IMG/VR virus record: IMGVR_UViG_3300042445_003239
Source of the DNA: an uncultured virus (IMG/VR IMGVR_UViG_3300042445_003239)
Lineage: Duplodnaviria; Heunggongvirae; Uroviricota; Caudoviricetes
Length of the DNA stretch: 64,000 nucleotides
Strand: one strand, 5' to 3'
The notes below the pieces were generated by a model. It was not told where the DNA came from. It was given only the letters and a program-made list of their open reading frames with translations, and ran no database searches. Position 1 is the stretch's first letter, and each line of letters starts with the position of its first letter. Made by a program: the position numbers and the translations under genes. Below, one piece after another: positions 1 to 9,950 of the stretch.

Positions 1-231
1 CATAATGCAGAGCAACGTTTACTTGCAATGCAGGATCCTTCGTATAAGCCAAAGTTTTTGAAAATCGAAGTGAAGGGTCGTCTTGGCAAGAATAATCCAA
101 ATGCTATGATTTATCGCAGCCGTGCACAAGCTCGCATGCCACGTGGTTGGAATTTTGGCGGTCATCCCTATCAAAATATTAATCTAAAGCATGCAGCAAC
201 TCTTGACGTTTATCAATACACTCGTTTTTAA
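1..231 (+). CDS. hypothetical protein, 5'-truncated by window edge
   Basis: Open frame from base 1 to TAA at 229-231 (track starts at an internal Met, 28). Confidence 0.55.
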   Translation, partial: HNAEQRLLAMQDPSYKPKFLKIEVKGRLGKNNPNAMIYRSRAQARMPRGWNFGGHPYQNINLKHAATLDVYQYTRF

Positions 232-235
232 TATT

Positions 236-649
236 ATGGAAAAAAATGTAATCATACTACGCGGCGTAAGCGGCAGCGGTAAATCCACCTTTGCGTCTAT
301 GCTTGCACGTCATAACAACGGCGCAGTGGTTGTAACCGCCGATGACTATTTCACTGACAGTTGGGGTCTTTATAAGTTTGATGCAAGCAAACTTGGTGCT
401 GCTCATGCACAGTGTTATAAGCGTTTTGAGACTGCTTTGTTTGATCCTGATGTAAACACAGTTATTGTTGCAAATACCAATACATCGCCGCGTGACTTTA
501 AGAATTATGTGGATGCTGCTGAAGCTTATGGCGCAACCGTAACATACTTAGTTCTTGAAAATCGTCATGGCAATAATGATGTGCATGATGTGCCGTCTGA
601 AGTCAAAGAGCGTCAACGTCACAATCTCAAAAGCTCTATTAAACTATGA
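236..649 (+). CDS. P-loop kinase (AAA_33 / polynucleotide-kinase-like)
   Basis: Walker A GVSGSGKST, then ADDYF and ANTNT motifs; likely start ATG 236. Confidence 0.75.
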   Translation: MEKNVIILRGVSGSGKSTFASMLARHNNGAVVVTADDYFTDSWGLYKFDASKLGAAHAQCYKRFETALFDPDVNTVIVANTNTSPRDFKNYVDAAEAYGATVTYLVLENRHGNNDVHDVPSEVKERQRHNLKSSIKL

Positions 650-1089
650 AACTTATCACGGACAAATTACATCAAAACATTACGAATCCACGAAAAAAGA
701 CGCAGTGTGATGCCTATAAAATTCGTGTAAGGGATATGTTTGATAAGAGTCATTATCTTGTAACGAGCAGCGGCAAACAAATTTGGAATAGTTTGGCCGC
801 GGCAAAAAGTGCACTTCGACTCATGTTTGAGCGGGAGCATGATTGCTATATGTATGGGTTTGAAGATATTGAATCATGGCGCTCGACTTCTTATGCAGAT
901 TATCCTGTTCAAGATCACGCTGAAAAAGATCGTCGAAGTGCAGAGTTTATTCAAAAACTATATGATAGTGTTGACTTTGTGCAATTGACTGATGCAACAT
1001 ATCTTGAAAGTCGTGTCGCATATCTTACAGGTGAAGTGATCAAACAAGCATTTAAAATATTAGAATTGGAAGATGAATCACGAGAATAA
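646..1089 (+). CDS. hypothetical protein
   Basis: 147-aa ORF overlapping the upstream stop by 4 nt. Confidence 0.6.
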   Translation: MKLITDKLHQNITNPRKKTQCDAYKIRVRDMFDKSHYLVTSSGKQIWNSLAAAKSALRLMFEREHDCYMYGFEDIESWRSTSYADYPVQDHAEKDRRSAEFIQKLYDSVDFVQLTDATYLESRVAYLTGEVIKQAFKILELEDESRE

Positions 1090-1537
1090 TCATATAACCG
1101 TTGAGGGTGAATCTGAGCTGCAATGTTGTGACGCTGTCTTTGGCATCACATTTGCGAATAGAGAGCAAGCACTTGATGCACTAATCTCAAAAGTATTTGG
1201 TGCACGTGTAACATATACACATCAAGATGGTTGCTGTAATGATCCTGACCATGATAGCATATGCGCAGAGCGTCAGGAGAGTCGTGGCTTAAGACGTGAA
1301 TGGAATCGCCTTGACGGATTGCGTATTGAAAATCAAAAACTCATTGAGAGTCTCACTGCGGAAAATGAGATTCTTAGACGTCATCGTGATCGCTATAATC
1401 TTTTGGCCGGTGAACTGCTCGCGCTGATTCGCGTTAATGTACAACGCGGTACATTTAATAATATATCGAGCGAAGAGCTTGATGCTTTTTTGCAGCCATG
1501 GATCGAACGGCGCTCAGAAATTTCGCAAGATAGATAA
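1073..1537 (+). CDS. hypothetical protein with coiled-coil segment
   Basis: 154-aa ORF packed in operon. Confidence 0.55.
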   Translation: MNHENNHITVEGESELQCCDAVFGITFANREQALDALISKVFGARVTYTHQDGCCNDPDHDSICAERQESRGLRREWNRLDGLRIENQKLIESLTAENEILRRHRDRYNLLAGELLALIRVNVQRGTFNNISSEELDAFLQPWIERRSEISQDR

Positions 1538-1538
1538 T

Positions 1539-1694
1539 ATGAATTTTGAAACAATAGTTGTTGGCGTTGTAGCGATTCTTTATGCGTCGGTTGGAACAAG
1601 CTATGCATTAAAAGGCAATGCTCCATGGGCAATAGTTTGGTTTAGCTATTCAAGCGCAAACTTTGGATTAATTTACTTAGCACTTAAAAAATGA
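1539..1694 (+). CDS. small membrane protein
   Basis: Two hydrophobic segments (IVVGVVAILYASVG; WAIVWFSY...FGLIYLAL). Confidence 0.55.
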   Translation: MNFETIVVGVVAILYASVGTSYALKGNAPWAIVWFSYSSANFGLIYLALKK

Positions 1695-2386
1695 AAAACA
1701 CAATAGAACTACTTGGATATTATGGTAACGATGAAGTCATTGCATGCAGCGCATGGACGAGTACATCACGGGATCTCTCAGATGAAAAGAGAGCGCGTAT
1801 ACCAAAGCTAATTAATATGTTATGGAATGACGGTCACGAGAGTCCATTTGAAAAGGGCATGGTCCACTTTCTCGTTGACACCGACATTGCAAGTCATATT
1901 CATTTGCTTAAGCATCGTATGAGCAGCATGAATGCTGAGAGCGCTCGCTATAAAGAGCTAAAGGAGGATAAGTATTACATTCCTAAAGATTGGTGTCAGA
2001 CACTTGCATTGAATGCTAAGAAGCTAAATTACTTCGATAAAGAAATTGACATTCATCACAAGAACTGGCAAGATATTCTTGAAGAATATACACGCTTAGG
2101 CAATGATTTGTATCATCGCGCAATCGAGGATCTTAGCGCAACACTTGGCCGCAAACGCGCTAAGGAGAGTGCTCGTTTCTTTAAGACTTACAACAGTCAA
2201 ATCCAAGGAGATGTTAGTTTCAACATGCGTAGCTTTGCAAACTTCGTCAAGCTACGCAACAGCGAGCATGCGCAAGTTGAAATACGAGAAGTTGCTGCAG
2301 AAATGCTAAGTCTCGTAGAATCTATCCCAGACTCTCCGTTTCAGCATACACTCGCAGCATGGAGAGCAAACGGTACGGTATTATAG
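1691..2386 (+). CDS. thyX: flavin-dependent thymidylate synthase ThyX
   Basis: GHESPFE, ThyX motif variant KHRMSSMNAESARY, NMRSFANF..LR..EHAQVEIR. Confidence 0.92.
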   Translation: MKNTIELLGYYGNDEVIACSAWTSTSRDLSDEKRARIPKLINMLWNDGHESPFEKGMVHFLVDTDIASHIHLLKHRMSSMNAESARYKELKEDKYYIPKDWCQTLALNAKKLNYFDKEIDIHHKNWQDILEEYTRLGNDLYHRAIEDLSATLGRKRAKESARFFKTYNSQIQGDVSFNMRSFANFVKLRNSEHAQVEIREVAAEMLSLVESIPDSPFQHTLAAWRANGTVL

Positions 2387-2409
2387 CCGAAAACCGAGAA
2401 AAATAGCCG

Positions 2410-2485
2410 AAAATGAAGAAAAATGCGAAAAAAATGCATTTTTCTTCATTTTTTTATTTACAAGCGGCATTTTTTAGTGTATAAT
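2410..2485 (+). promoter_or_regulatory. early sigma70-type promoter with upstream inverted repeat (PeSL-like)
   Basis: AAAATGAAGAAAAATGC/GCATTTTTCTTCATTTT stem 2410-2452; TTTACA 2457-62, 17-nt spacer, TATAAT 2480-85. Confidence 0.85.
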
Positions 2486-2513
2486 AATTCTGTAAGGAAA
2501 CCACAGCAATAAT

Positions 2514-2804
2514 ATGACACTAGCCGACCACATCGCCGCCCTCAACGCCAAAGCTCAAGCTTGGATCGACGAAGATCCTACCAACCGCTGGATGTGCCAG
2601 TATATCAGCGACATCGGCTACTGGAACAGCATCGGCATCCACACAGTGGAAGACTTCGAGCGTCAAGAGCTCGAGAACACCATCTGGGACGTCTACAAGG
2701 AAGTCCATGGCGTTCGCCCACGCGGTCTTGGTCTCAAGGACATGAGTATCGACGAACTCAAGGAGCTGCTCAACGGTCTCTACGAATACGGCTACGCACA
2801 CTAA
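2514..2804 (+). CDS. hypothetical early protein
   Basis: 96-aa ORF directly after promoter; WDVYKEVHGVRPR motif. Confidence 0.7.
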   Translation: MTLADHIAALNAKAQAWIDEDPTNRWMCQYISDIGYWNSIGIHTVEDFERQELENTIWDVYKEVHGVRPRGLGLKDMSIDELKELLNGLYEYGYAH

Positions 2805-2834
2805 ACTCAACCACACACACAACCACACACCATT

Positions 2835-3065
2835 ATGAGTAATTATCCAAACATGAGCTATTGCATGTATCAAAACACTAGACTTGCACTTCAGCAAATT
2901 CTAGGCGATCTTGAAGAAGCGCACGAGAAAGGTGTTACATACGAAGAGTACGTTGACGACTTTTCGTCCTCTGACGAGCGTCGTGCTATGAATGAACTCG
3001 TAGATCTCTTCGAAGAAGTACAATATATGATAAACGAATTGCGCGATACTCCAGCTCACAGCTAA
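2835..3065 (+). CDS. hypothetical protein
   Basis: 76-aa ORF beginning NMSYCMYQNT. Confidence 0.65.
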   Translation: MSNYPNMSYCMYQNTRLALQQILGDLEEAHEKGVTYEEYVDDFSSSDERRAMNELVDLFEEVQYMINELRDTPAHS

Positions 3066-3085
3066 ATTTTAACATCTAAAAAATT

Positions 3086-3274
3086 ATGAAACAATCTGAT
3101 CCTATCAAATCACACATCACTGCATTGATTGAAAAGTATGAGAAGCGTATTGAGTCAATCAAGAACACCTTTTATATTTACACCTGCGAAGCAGATCGAG
3201 GCGATGGCGCCTTGAGCGAATTGGAAGAAGTCATCGAGGACTTGAAGTGTGTTCGTGACGCAGTGGATGTATAA
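3086..3274 (+). CDS. hypothetical protein
   Basis: 62-aa ORF in operon. Confidence 0.55.
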   Translation: MKQSDPIKSHITALIEKYEKRIESIKNTFYIYTCEADRGDGALSELEEVIEDLKCVRDAVDV

Positions 3275-3294
3275 ATCAAAATAATAATAACAAT

Positions 3295-3666
3295 ATGAAC
3301 TCAACATTATTAACCACAGAAGGCGTAACATTATTCATTGCAACTCCATTGGTCCTACTAGCAATAGGATTATGGTATATGTATAAGCATAGCATTACTA
3401 CTCACATTACATGTTTTATCGCTGCGGGAATGCTGTTCCTGCTTGGATTTACAACTGGAGGTGAACACACCGCTTATCGTTATCCTGCTCAAAAAATTAG
3501 CGATCAGAACTTTTCACTATTCTATAGCAATGACTTACACTATAAGGTTATCTCAGACAACAAGCGATGGGATAATGTGGAAGGCGACATTCTCGTCACC
3601 AAAAGACGAAACACATGGGGAGCAGAGATTAGAGAAACTGCAACTGTTGTACCAACTATCAAATAA
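3295..3666 (+). CDS. membrane protein
   Basis: Two N-terminal hydrophobic helices. Confidence 0.6.
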   Translation: MNSTLLTTEGVTLFIATPLVLLAIGLWYMYKHSITTHITCFIAAGMLFLLGFTTGGEHTAYRYPAQKISDQNFSLFYSNDLHYKVISDNKRWDNVEGDILVTKRRNTWGAEIRETATVVPTIK

Positions 3667-3670
3667 TAAT

Positions 3671-3958
3671 ATGAATGCAAAATATGAACTATTGAGACAC
3701 ATCGCTGATCGCGAAGTAAAGTATGTTCAAATCAACCACGAACTCGGCTTGGGAGATAGTAACATAAAGATCGAAGGAACTCTTGAAGAGGTATTGCCTC
3801 GTCTCGACTTTGACTATGATAGCGGCTATGGGAGTCAAGAACTCTTTGGCACAATTTGGTATAACGATGGCTCATGGAGTGACCGTGGCGAATATGATGG
3901 CAGTGAATGGTGGCAGTATCAAAAATGTCCACCATTGCCAGAAGGAGCATCTCAATAA
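3671..3958 (+). CDS. conserved phage hypothetical protein
   Basis: YDSGYGSQELFGTIW...RGEYDGSEWW motif; start ATG 3671. Confidence 0.65.
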   Translation: MNAKYELLRHIADREVKYVQINHELGLGDSNIKIEGTLEEVLPRLDFDYDSGYGSQELFGTIWYNDGSWSDRGEYDGSEWWQYQKCPPLPEGASQ

Positions 3959-4311
3959 TTAAAATATGAGCGGAGACGAACTTATAACAATTACAATCGA
4001 AGATCCTCATAGCGGAAAAAGATTGTCAACTCGCTATAGCATACTACAAGCTGACGCTTGGGAACTTGCAAAAGGCGAGTATCATACTATAATGCTTGAC
4101 GCTTTAATTGAACGATTTAACACAGAAAAAAGAAAATGAAATACAGAATAAAAGAAACGATTAATAATAACAGTATCAGTACATTTACAGTTCAAACAAA
4201 ATTTCTTTGGCGGTGGGAAGATAGTTCCATTGGATGGTCGAGCAAAGAACGGGCGGAAAAACAAATCAGAAGCTGGCAAACAAAAGAAGTAAAATATCAT
4301 ACCGTGGAACA

Positions 4312-4776
4312 ATGAATAGAGAACTTAAATTTCGCGTATGGAACAAATCAACCAAAAGCTGGTTGAACGATGATGCAGGAACACACTGTTGGGGCGAATA
4401 TTGTCTTAACATCTTTACTGGAGAGGTTGTGGAAATTGTTACAACTGACAACAAATTTTTCAGTAGAGACAGTGAGCCAAACTTTTATTTTGATAAAAAT
4501 ACACATGTAAAAGAATCTCCTTATGTTGTTCAACAATACACTGGTTGCTATGATAAGAATCGCACACCAATCTACGAAGGCGATATTCTCGCTGCTGATC
4601 ATGATGGCGGAGAAGATGAAGCTAATATTGGTGTCGTCTACTTCGCAGCGGGTACATACATGATTGATGGTGATGGTCCGTTTTTTGATCATGTCTATGG
4701 TCATTCACCTGACATTTTAGACAATCATACTGTAATTGGAAATAAGTTTGAAAACCCTGAACTATTAAAACGATAA
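4312..4776 (+). CDS. YopX-family protein
   Basis: RELKFRVW N-terminus, QYTGCYDKN..IYEGDI, VIGNKFENPELL C-terminus. Confidence 0.88.
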   Translation: MNRELKFRVWNKSTKSWLNDDAGTHCWGEYCLNIFTGEVVEIVTTDNKFFSRDSEPNFYFDKNTHVKESPYVVQQYTGCYDKNRTPIYEGDILAADHDGGEDEANIGVVYFAAGTYMIDGDGPFFDHVYGHSPDILDNHTVIGNKFENPELLKR

Positions 4777-4793
4777 AGAATATAAATTAAATT

Positions 4794-5285
4794 ATGAGCG
4801 AAACATTTAAAAACGTAGGAGAGATGTTGGATTATTTTACAAAAGAAGAAATGATTCAAGAAAGGTTTTCAGAACGTCTGATGGCAGCATATCCACAACT
4901 CTTTCCAAAGGATGATGAGGGTAAACCAAAACAACCTGATTGTGGAGCATGGTGTCCAGTTGGATGGCAACCTATGGTGGAAGAGCTATGCTCTAAGCTC
5001 GCCAAGATTGTTGATGAAAATAATCTAACTTTCGAGATTGGTCAAATCAAAGAAAAGTTCGGAGGATTGCGATTTTATTACTCTTATGAAGGCGATCGCG
5101 TTGAAGAAATTAAAAGTCTGATTAGTGATGCCGAAGATCGTAGCTTTAAGATTTGTGAAGTCACGGGTGAAGCTGGTAGCCTTTGCACTAAGGGCAAAGG
5201 CTATGGTTGGATAAAGACACTATCTTCTGGTGAAGCGGGGCGACAGGGTTATAAACTCTTAAAAGAAGAAATTGAAATAGAATGA
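4794..5285 (+). CDS. conserved phage hypothetical protein
   Basis: GW...QIKEKFGGLRFY...ICEVTG...GWIKTL motif pattern. Confidence 0.7.
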   Translation: MSETFKNVGEMLDYFTKEEMIQERFSERLMAAYPQLFPKDDEGKPKQPDCGAWCPVGWQPMVEELCSKLAKIVDENNLTFEIGQIKEKFGGLRFYYSYEGDRVEEIKSLISDAEDRSFKICEVTGEAGSLCTKGKGYGWIKTLSSGEAGRQGYKLLKEEIEIE

Positions 5286-5474
5286 TTATTAATGGAATAA
5301 CAGTAATGTCATGGGCAGTATCTATTATGATGACAATCCTTATTGGAGCGTGTATGTAATGATTGATAAGTGTTATGAGCAGCCTAGCGTCAAGCATGGT
5401 CGCTTTTGGCTGTGCCAATTCATCGCTGCATTTGTGGCACTCTGCATTTATCTAACGCGGATTGGAGTTATTGT

Positions 5475-5897
5475 ATGGCAGTAAAGACTAAACAAGTCAT
5501 CGTGGTACGCCGCGATCTAAAAATGAAACACGGTAAGATGGCGGCTCAAGTTGCGCATGCAGCAATGAGCTTTCTTACTCGTGAAGGTCGGGTTGGTTGG
5601 CAAGCTGATATGCTTAATGATGTCTTTATGAATGACGACGACTCTATTGACATGCACAATGGCGCAATACGTGATTGGCTAGAGAACAGCTTCACAAAGG
5701 TTGTTCTTGGTGTTGACAGCGAAGAGGAGTTGCATGAGCTTGAAGCGAAAGCAACAGAAGCTGGAGTCATGGCACATCTCGTGGTTGATAATGGCCGCAC
5801 GGTCTTTAATGGTGTGAGCACAGCCACTTGCATTGCATTGGGTCCTGATTGGAATGAACGATTAGATGAACTCACAAGTCACCTGAAGCTCTATTAA
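5475..5897 (+). CDS. pth2: peptidyl-tRNA hydrolase, Pth2 family
   Basis: KQVIVVRRDLKM..GKMAAQVAHA, KVVL, DNGRT, T.IALGP, LDELTSHLKLY. Confidence 0.9.
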   Translation: MAVKTKQVIVVRRDLKMKHGKMAAQVAHAAMSFLTREGRVGWQADMLNDVFMNDDDSIDMHNGAIRDWLENSFTKVVLGVDSEEELHELEAKATEAGVMAHLVVDNGRTVFNGVSTATCIALGPDWNERLDELTSHLKLY

Positions 5898-5922
5898 GAG
5901 CAGAAAAACTGCGGTTTTGGCT

Positions 5923-5999
5923 AAAAATGAAGAAAAATGTGAAAAAAATGCATTTTTCTTCATTTTTTGTTTTACAAGCTGGGTGGTTTAGTGTATAAT
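5923..5999 (+). promoter_or_regulatory. early promoter with upstream inverted repeat (PeSL-like)
   Basis: Near copy of the 2410 element; TTTACA 5971-76, TATAAT 5994-99. Confidence 0.85.
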
Positions 6000-6021
6000 A
6001 AATCTGTAACCACTAAATGTT

Positions 6022-6357
6022 ATGAAACTAATAAAAAAAGCAACTGCTCCCGCGCTCGCTGAAAACTTCAAAGCCGGTCAAGTCATTGAAGTGACTACCA
6101 GCCATCATGATGGCCGAGGCTGCACCGAATGTGTGACACGTGAATATACGATTGCCAAAGTCAATAAAGTTACGATTGACATTGTTGACGCCAAAGGTGA
6201 TACCTATCGCCTTGATCCCACCACAGTTCAACATGTTGCAATTGTGAAAAGGACTCGCAAAAACACTAACGAAAAAGCAGGTGCTTTTCTCGAATATGCT
6301 AAAGCTAAAGAAGCTCGTGGCGGCTATGAAGAAAATCGCTATGGCATTCGCCACTAA
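6022..6357 (+). CDS. hypothetical early protein
   Basis: 111-aa ORF after promoter. Confidence 0.65.
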   Translation: MKLIKKATAPALAENFKAGQVIEVTTSHHDGRGCTECVTREYTIAKVNKVTIDIVDAKGDTYRLDPTTVQHVAIVKRTRKNTNEKAGAFLEYAKAKEARGGYEENRYGIRH

Positions 6358-6380
6358 TCAAACTCTAACACAATCATAAT

Positions 6381-6581
6381 ATGAAAGCAAAACAATATAT
6401 GTATTTTGGACCGATTGGAATTTTTGGCCCTGAAATCAAAACCTTTGATTCGTTTGAAGATATTCCAGCTCGCATCAAAAAGCAAATGATGAATCACAAG
6501 ACAGGTGATTGGAAACTACTAAAAGCCGTAGGCGATAAGATCTTTCTATGCGACCGAGCAGGTCGTATCAAAACTAAATAA
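6381..6581 (+). CDS. hypothetical protein
   Basis: 66-aa ORF preceded by the repeat motif. Confidence 0.6.
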   Translation: MKAKQYMYFGPIGIFGPEIKTFDSFEDIPARIKKQMMNHKTGDWKLLKAVGDKIFLCDRAGRIKTK

Positions 6582-6603
6582 ACTCTGATACAATATTACT
6601 ACA

Positions 6604-6816
6604 ATGAACGTTTACGTTATCTATGATCGAGATGGTTGGGAAATTCAAGGAATTGAAAAGATCTTCTCAACTAAAGAATCTGCGATGAAATATCTCGATA
6701 CTGAAACTGCAAGACGATACTATGAGTCAAGCGTGGTCAAGCGAGCAGGCTGGGTTGGCAAAACTTATGAAAGCTGGTTGAACAGTATGATTGAAGAACA
6801 TACTGTTCTCCAATAA
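6604..6816 (+). CDS. hypothetical protein
   Basis: 70-aa ORF, MNVYVI...IEKIFSTKESA. Confidence 0.6.
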   Translation: MNVYVIYDRDGWEIQGIEKIFSTKESAMKYLDTETARRYYESSVVKRAGWVGKTYESWLNSMIEEHTVLQ

Positions 6817-6845
6817 AACAAAAACGAACTCTAACACAATTAGAT

Positions 6846-7034
6846 ATGAACGAAATTATTTACAATACACGCGATGAAGCAGCAGCTGCATGCAAAGCTT
6901 ATATTGATGCAATGCGAGACCTTCAAGAGCGTTTGGGAATCTTTGAAGACTGTGATGATAGCTGCGTTCAGAATTATGTGAATGCTAAGTATCGTCACGA
7001 GGACGGAACGATTCTCACCTACACTTATTGGTAA
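6846..7034 (+). CDS. hypothetical protein
   Basis: 62-aa ORF preceded by the repeat motif. Confidence 0.55.
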   Translation: MNEIIYNTRDEAAAACKAYIDAMRDLQERLGIFEDCDDSCVQNYVNAKYRHEDGTILTYTYW

Positions 7035-7219
7035 CGAACTCTGATATAATATCATTATGACTAAAGAAGAAATCAAAGAACGAATCATCGCCATTATCGA
7101 CAACTATACCACTGAAATGGAAGGCTATAGCTATTGTCGCTCAAACCCAGGTGTTCGCGTAGATGACTATGAAGATATTGCAGAAGATATCTTAAAAGAA
7201 TTTGAAGTAATTGGATAAT

Positions 7220-7420
7220 ATGAAAACAGCAAAAGATTTTTTTGGTAATGATATCTCTGTAGGTGATATTGTTGCATTTATGCAAACAGGCTATCGCGTA
7301 TTTTTAACTGGAACTGTCATAAGCATAACAGAAAAAACTGTCTTAATTGCTCATGAAAAAACAAACGTTGGAATAACTGAGACACGACAGTTTCATGGTC
7401 AAGTTTTTGTAGAGAAATAA
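7220..7420 (+). CDS. hypothetical protein (SH3/KOW-like)
   Basis: KDFFGNDISVGDIVAF...GTVISITEKTV. Confidence 0.6.
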   Translation: MKTAKDFFGNDISVGDIVAFMQTGYRVFLTGTVISITEKTVLIAHEKTNVGITETRQFHGQVFVEK

Positions 7421-7478
7421 TATGGCAAAAAATTATCCAACACCTGAAGAAGCCGAAGCAGCTGCAATCGCATATTCA

Positions 7479-7486
7479 TATAAATA
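7479..7486 (+). promoter_or_regulatory. T4-type late promoter TATAAATA
   Basis: Exact consensus 7 nt upstream of ATG 7493. Confidence 0.7.
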
Positions 7487-7492
7487 TACATA

Positions 7493-8107
7493 ATGAAATC
7501 ATTTAAAACATATATTTCTGAAGGATTCACAAATTTAATTCTTTCAAAAGATGATGCTGATCGTGAAAAGTACGCTCCTGCAGTGTGGGATTTAATACAA
7601 CAGTCTTATGCAAAAATTGGAGGAATTAAAGGTAAAGGATTTTCTTCGCCTGATGATATGATTATGTCTATCCCTTTTTGGAAACTCTTCTTTGATGGCG
7701 ACACGCTTAAGATGGTAATGCTCTATAAAGATCGTGGTGGTCGTAAGGCAATTGCGCTAGGAACAGACGGATCGCCAAAAGCATTAAAGGTTTTATCTGA
7801 CACTCTGAAAGAAACATTTAAGGTCTCTTTTGGTGAATATTCTAAAGGTATACTTGCATTCATTATGAAAACAATACCACGTGAATTAATCAAAGCATAC
7901 GCGATTCCACATCAAAAAGTCGTGGAAATCTTTGATGATGAAATTATCATTCCTACACAAGAGTATGTTAATGCTAATCTGGACCGTGCTGATCAAGCAA
8001 TATACAAGCGGTTTAAAGATTGGCATCAGTATTTTTATGTAAGGGAAATTGGTGATGCGCAATTTCTTAAAATGGCAATTGGGACACCTGGAAAACCGAT
8101 CTTATGA
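7493..8107 (+). CDS. putative internal head protein with capsid-targeting-like N-terminus
   Basis: MKSFKTYISE start resembles the T4 internal-protein targeting sequence; late promoter upstream. Confidence 0.6.
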   Translation: MKSFKTYISEGFTNLILSKDDADREKYAPAVWDLIQQSYAKIGGIKGKGFSSPDDMIMSIPFWKLFFDGDTLKMVMLYKDRGGRKAIALGTDGSPKALKVLSDTLKETFKVSFGEYSKGILAFIMKTIPRELIKAYAIPHQKVVEIFDDEIIIPTQEYVNANLDRADQAIYKRFKDWHQYFYVREIGDAQFLKMAIGTPGKPIL

Positions 8108-8697
8108 TTGTATACTTACATGGCTTTAACGGCGGATATGATCCGCGTAATGCCAAGTTCGCGGCTTTACATAAACTCGATAAAGATGTCATTGGCTTTT
8201 CATATGATACCTTTGCACCACGCGAGGATGTCATTGGTTATATCCTCGATCGTATAAGTGAATATGCAGATGACTTGCTTATTGTTGGAACCAGCTTAGG
8301 TGCATATTATGCGGACGCATGTGCTAAAGTTTTAGGAGTTCCTTGCGTATTAATTAACCCGTGCATAGACCCATACAAAACTTTTTCAGGTAAATCATTT
8401 GAAACTGAATATGTGAATTATGTAGACGGCACAGTTTCTCGTTTAACGGCTAAGACCGTAGAGTCATTCAACTGTCAATCTATAACAGAGACCGCTATGC
8501 ATTCATACGTTCCTCTTGTCTTATTGGCCGATGGCGATGAACTGTTTGACTCATCTGCAACAGCTGAAGCATTAAAGAAATATGAAGTCATTCGCTTTAA
8601 TGGTGGTACTCATAGATTTGAACAAATTGGGGAAGCATTAAAGGCAATTGAAATCTACTGGAATATGTGCAAGATTGCTACAAATCTCAATACTTAA
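8104..8697 (+). CDS. alpha/beta hydrolase (YqiA/YcfP, UPF0227-like esterase)
   Basis: YLHGFN, nucleophile elbow GTSLG, LINP, GDE, GGTHRF. Confidence 0.85.
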   Translation: MIVYLHGFNGGYDPRNAKFAALHKLDKDVIGFSYDTFAPREDVIGYILDRISEYADDLLIVGTSLGAYYADACAKVLGVPCVLINPCIDPYKTFSGKSFETEYVNYVDGTVSRLTAKTVESFNCQSITETAMHSYVPLVLLADGDELFDSSATAEALKKYEVIRFNGGTHRFEQIGEALKAIEIYWNMCKIATNLNT

Positions 8698-8706
8698 TCT
8701 TTTTTA

Positions 8707-8735
8707 TTTACAAGAGCACACTAATAGTGTATAAT
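8707..8735 (+). promoter_or_regulatory. early promoter
   Basis: TTTACA-17-TATAAT. Confidence 0.8.
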
Positions 8736-8763
8736 AAATCTGTAGACAAACTACAATATCATT

Positions 8764-9162
8764 ATGGCAAAAAAGAACCGACAAAAATGGCTCACTGATC
8801 GTATATCAGGCGATTGGAGAGACAAAGACACCATCATTGAAACTGTCTTAGTGCAGTGCTTGTTCGATTATGTCGAGCAAGAAATGAAAGGTGAATTGCC
8901 TGACCGTGGTTATTATGATGAAGATCTAAAAGCAGGACATGTTAGTGAAGGCTATGCAGAGCAAAGCTATGCTTGGAATGATGCTATTCGCAAAGTGTAT
9001 GCATATTTCAAAACAGAACGCGCAGTACTTGAAAAAGAAATTGATGAGGCATTTGCCGCGAACGAAATACAACGTGCGATCAAAGCAGAGAGCGATCTTT
9101 ATGAACGTGACACTGAAATGTTAAGCACGATTGTGAAGTACCGAGGCTACTTGTGGACATAA
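8764..9162 (+). CDS. hypothetical protein
   Basis: 132-aa ORF, WRDKD...RGYLWT. Confidence 0.65.
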   Translation: MAKKNRQKWLTDRISGDWRDKDTIIETVLVQCLFDYVEQEMKGELPDRGYYDEDLKAGHVSEGYAEQSYAWNDAIRKVYAYFKTERAVLEKEIDEAFAANEIQRAIKAESDLYERDTEMLSTIVKYRGYLWT

Positions 9163-9222
9163 GGAACATCGTTATAATTTAGAAGAGAGCAAAACAAAGA
9201 ATAACTAACAAAAAATAAAATT

Positions 9223-9609
9223 ATGGGACTTGACATGTACTTAACTTCACGATCAGAACTTAATCGTGCTAAAGCAAATGATTATGCCGATTGGGCAGAA
9301 CTCGCCTATTGGCGCAAATTCAATGCATTGCATGCTTGGTTTGTTCGCAATGTACAAGACGATGTTGATGACTGCGGCGCTTATGTCGTGTCACGAACTA
9401 AACTAAGCGAGCTTGTAGAAGTTCTCAAGAAGCTGCAGCAGACAAAAGATACAAGCTTGCTGCCAACACAAAGTGGCTTCTTTTTTGGTAGCACCGTGTA
9501 TGATGAATGGTATTGGAATAGAGTCAACTCCACCATTGATATTCTATCAGAAATTCTAGCAACCTTTGACTTTGAAAATGAAGAACTTCTTTATACTTCA
9601 AGCTGGTAA
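9223..9609 (+). CDS. conserved phage hypothetical protein
   Basis: MGLDMY...YWRKFNALHAWF...LLPTQSGFFFGST.YDEWY...YTSSW. Confidence 0.75.
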   Translation: MGLDMYLTSRSELNRAKANDYADWAELAYWRKFNALHAWFVRNVQDDVDDCGAYVVSRTKLSELVEVLKKLQQTKDTSLLPTQSGFFFGSTVYDEWYWNRVNSTIDILSEILATFDFENEELLYTSSW

Positions 9610-9616
9610 CCCTACT

Positions 9617-9937
9617 ATGACAAAAAATATGACTAAAAGAACAAAAAAATTTGAATTAGACAACAGCAACGTTGCTTATGGTGAGTCAATTGAAGAGTTG
9701 ATTAAAACGCTTGAGAGCCTTAACCAAAAAGCAAAAGAACTAGGCGCAATTAGCACGTCTATTGAATTTTTTCGAGGCGACTGTGGGTATGTTGAAATTC
9801 TTGGCACCCGATATATGACAGCTGAAGAGTCTGCACAAGCTGAAGCAAATGAAGCAATCAGAGATCACAAACGACTTGACTACGAGCGCTCTCAATATGA
9901 AGCATTGCGCTCAAAATTCGAAGAGCAATCAATATAA
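9617..9937 (+). CDS. hypothetical protein
   Basis: ORF in operon; exact start uncertain. Confidence 0.5.
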   Translation: MTKNMTKRTKKFELDNSNVAYGESIEELIKTLESLNQKAKELGAISTSIEFFRGDCGYVEILGTRYMTAEESAQAEANEAIRDHKRLDYERSQYEALRSKFEEQSI

Positions 9938-9950
9938 TTAAATAACATAT

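Larger units (their letters stand above)
6361..7059 (+). repeat. four copies of intergenic motif (AACG)AACTCT(G/A)A(T/C)A(C/T)AAT...ATG before small ORFs
   Basis: Copies at about 6361, 6581, 6825 and 7033, each between a stop codon and the next ATG. Confidence 0.75.
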
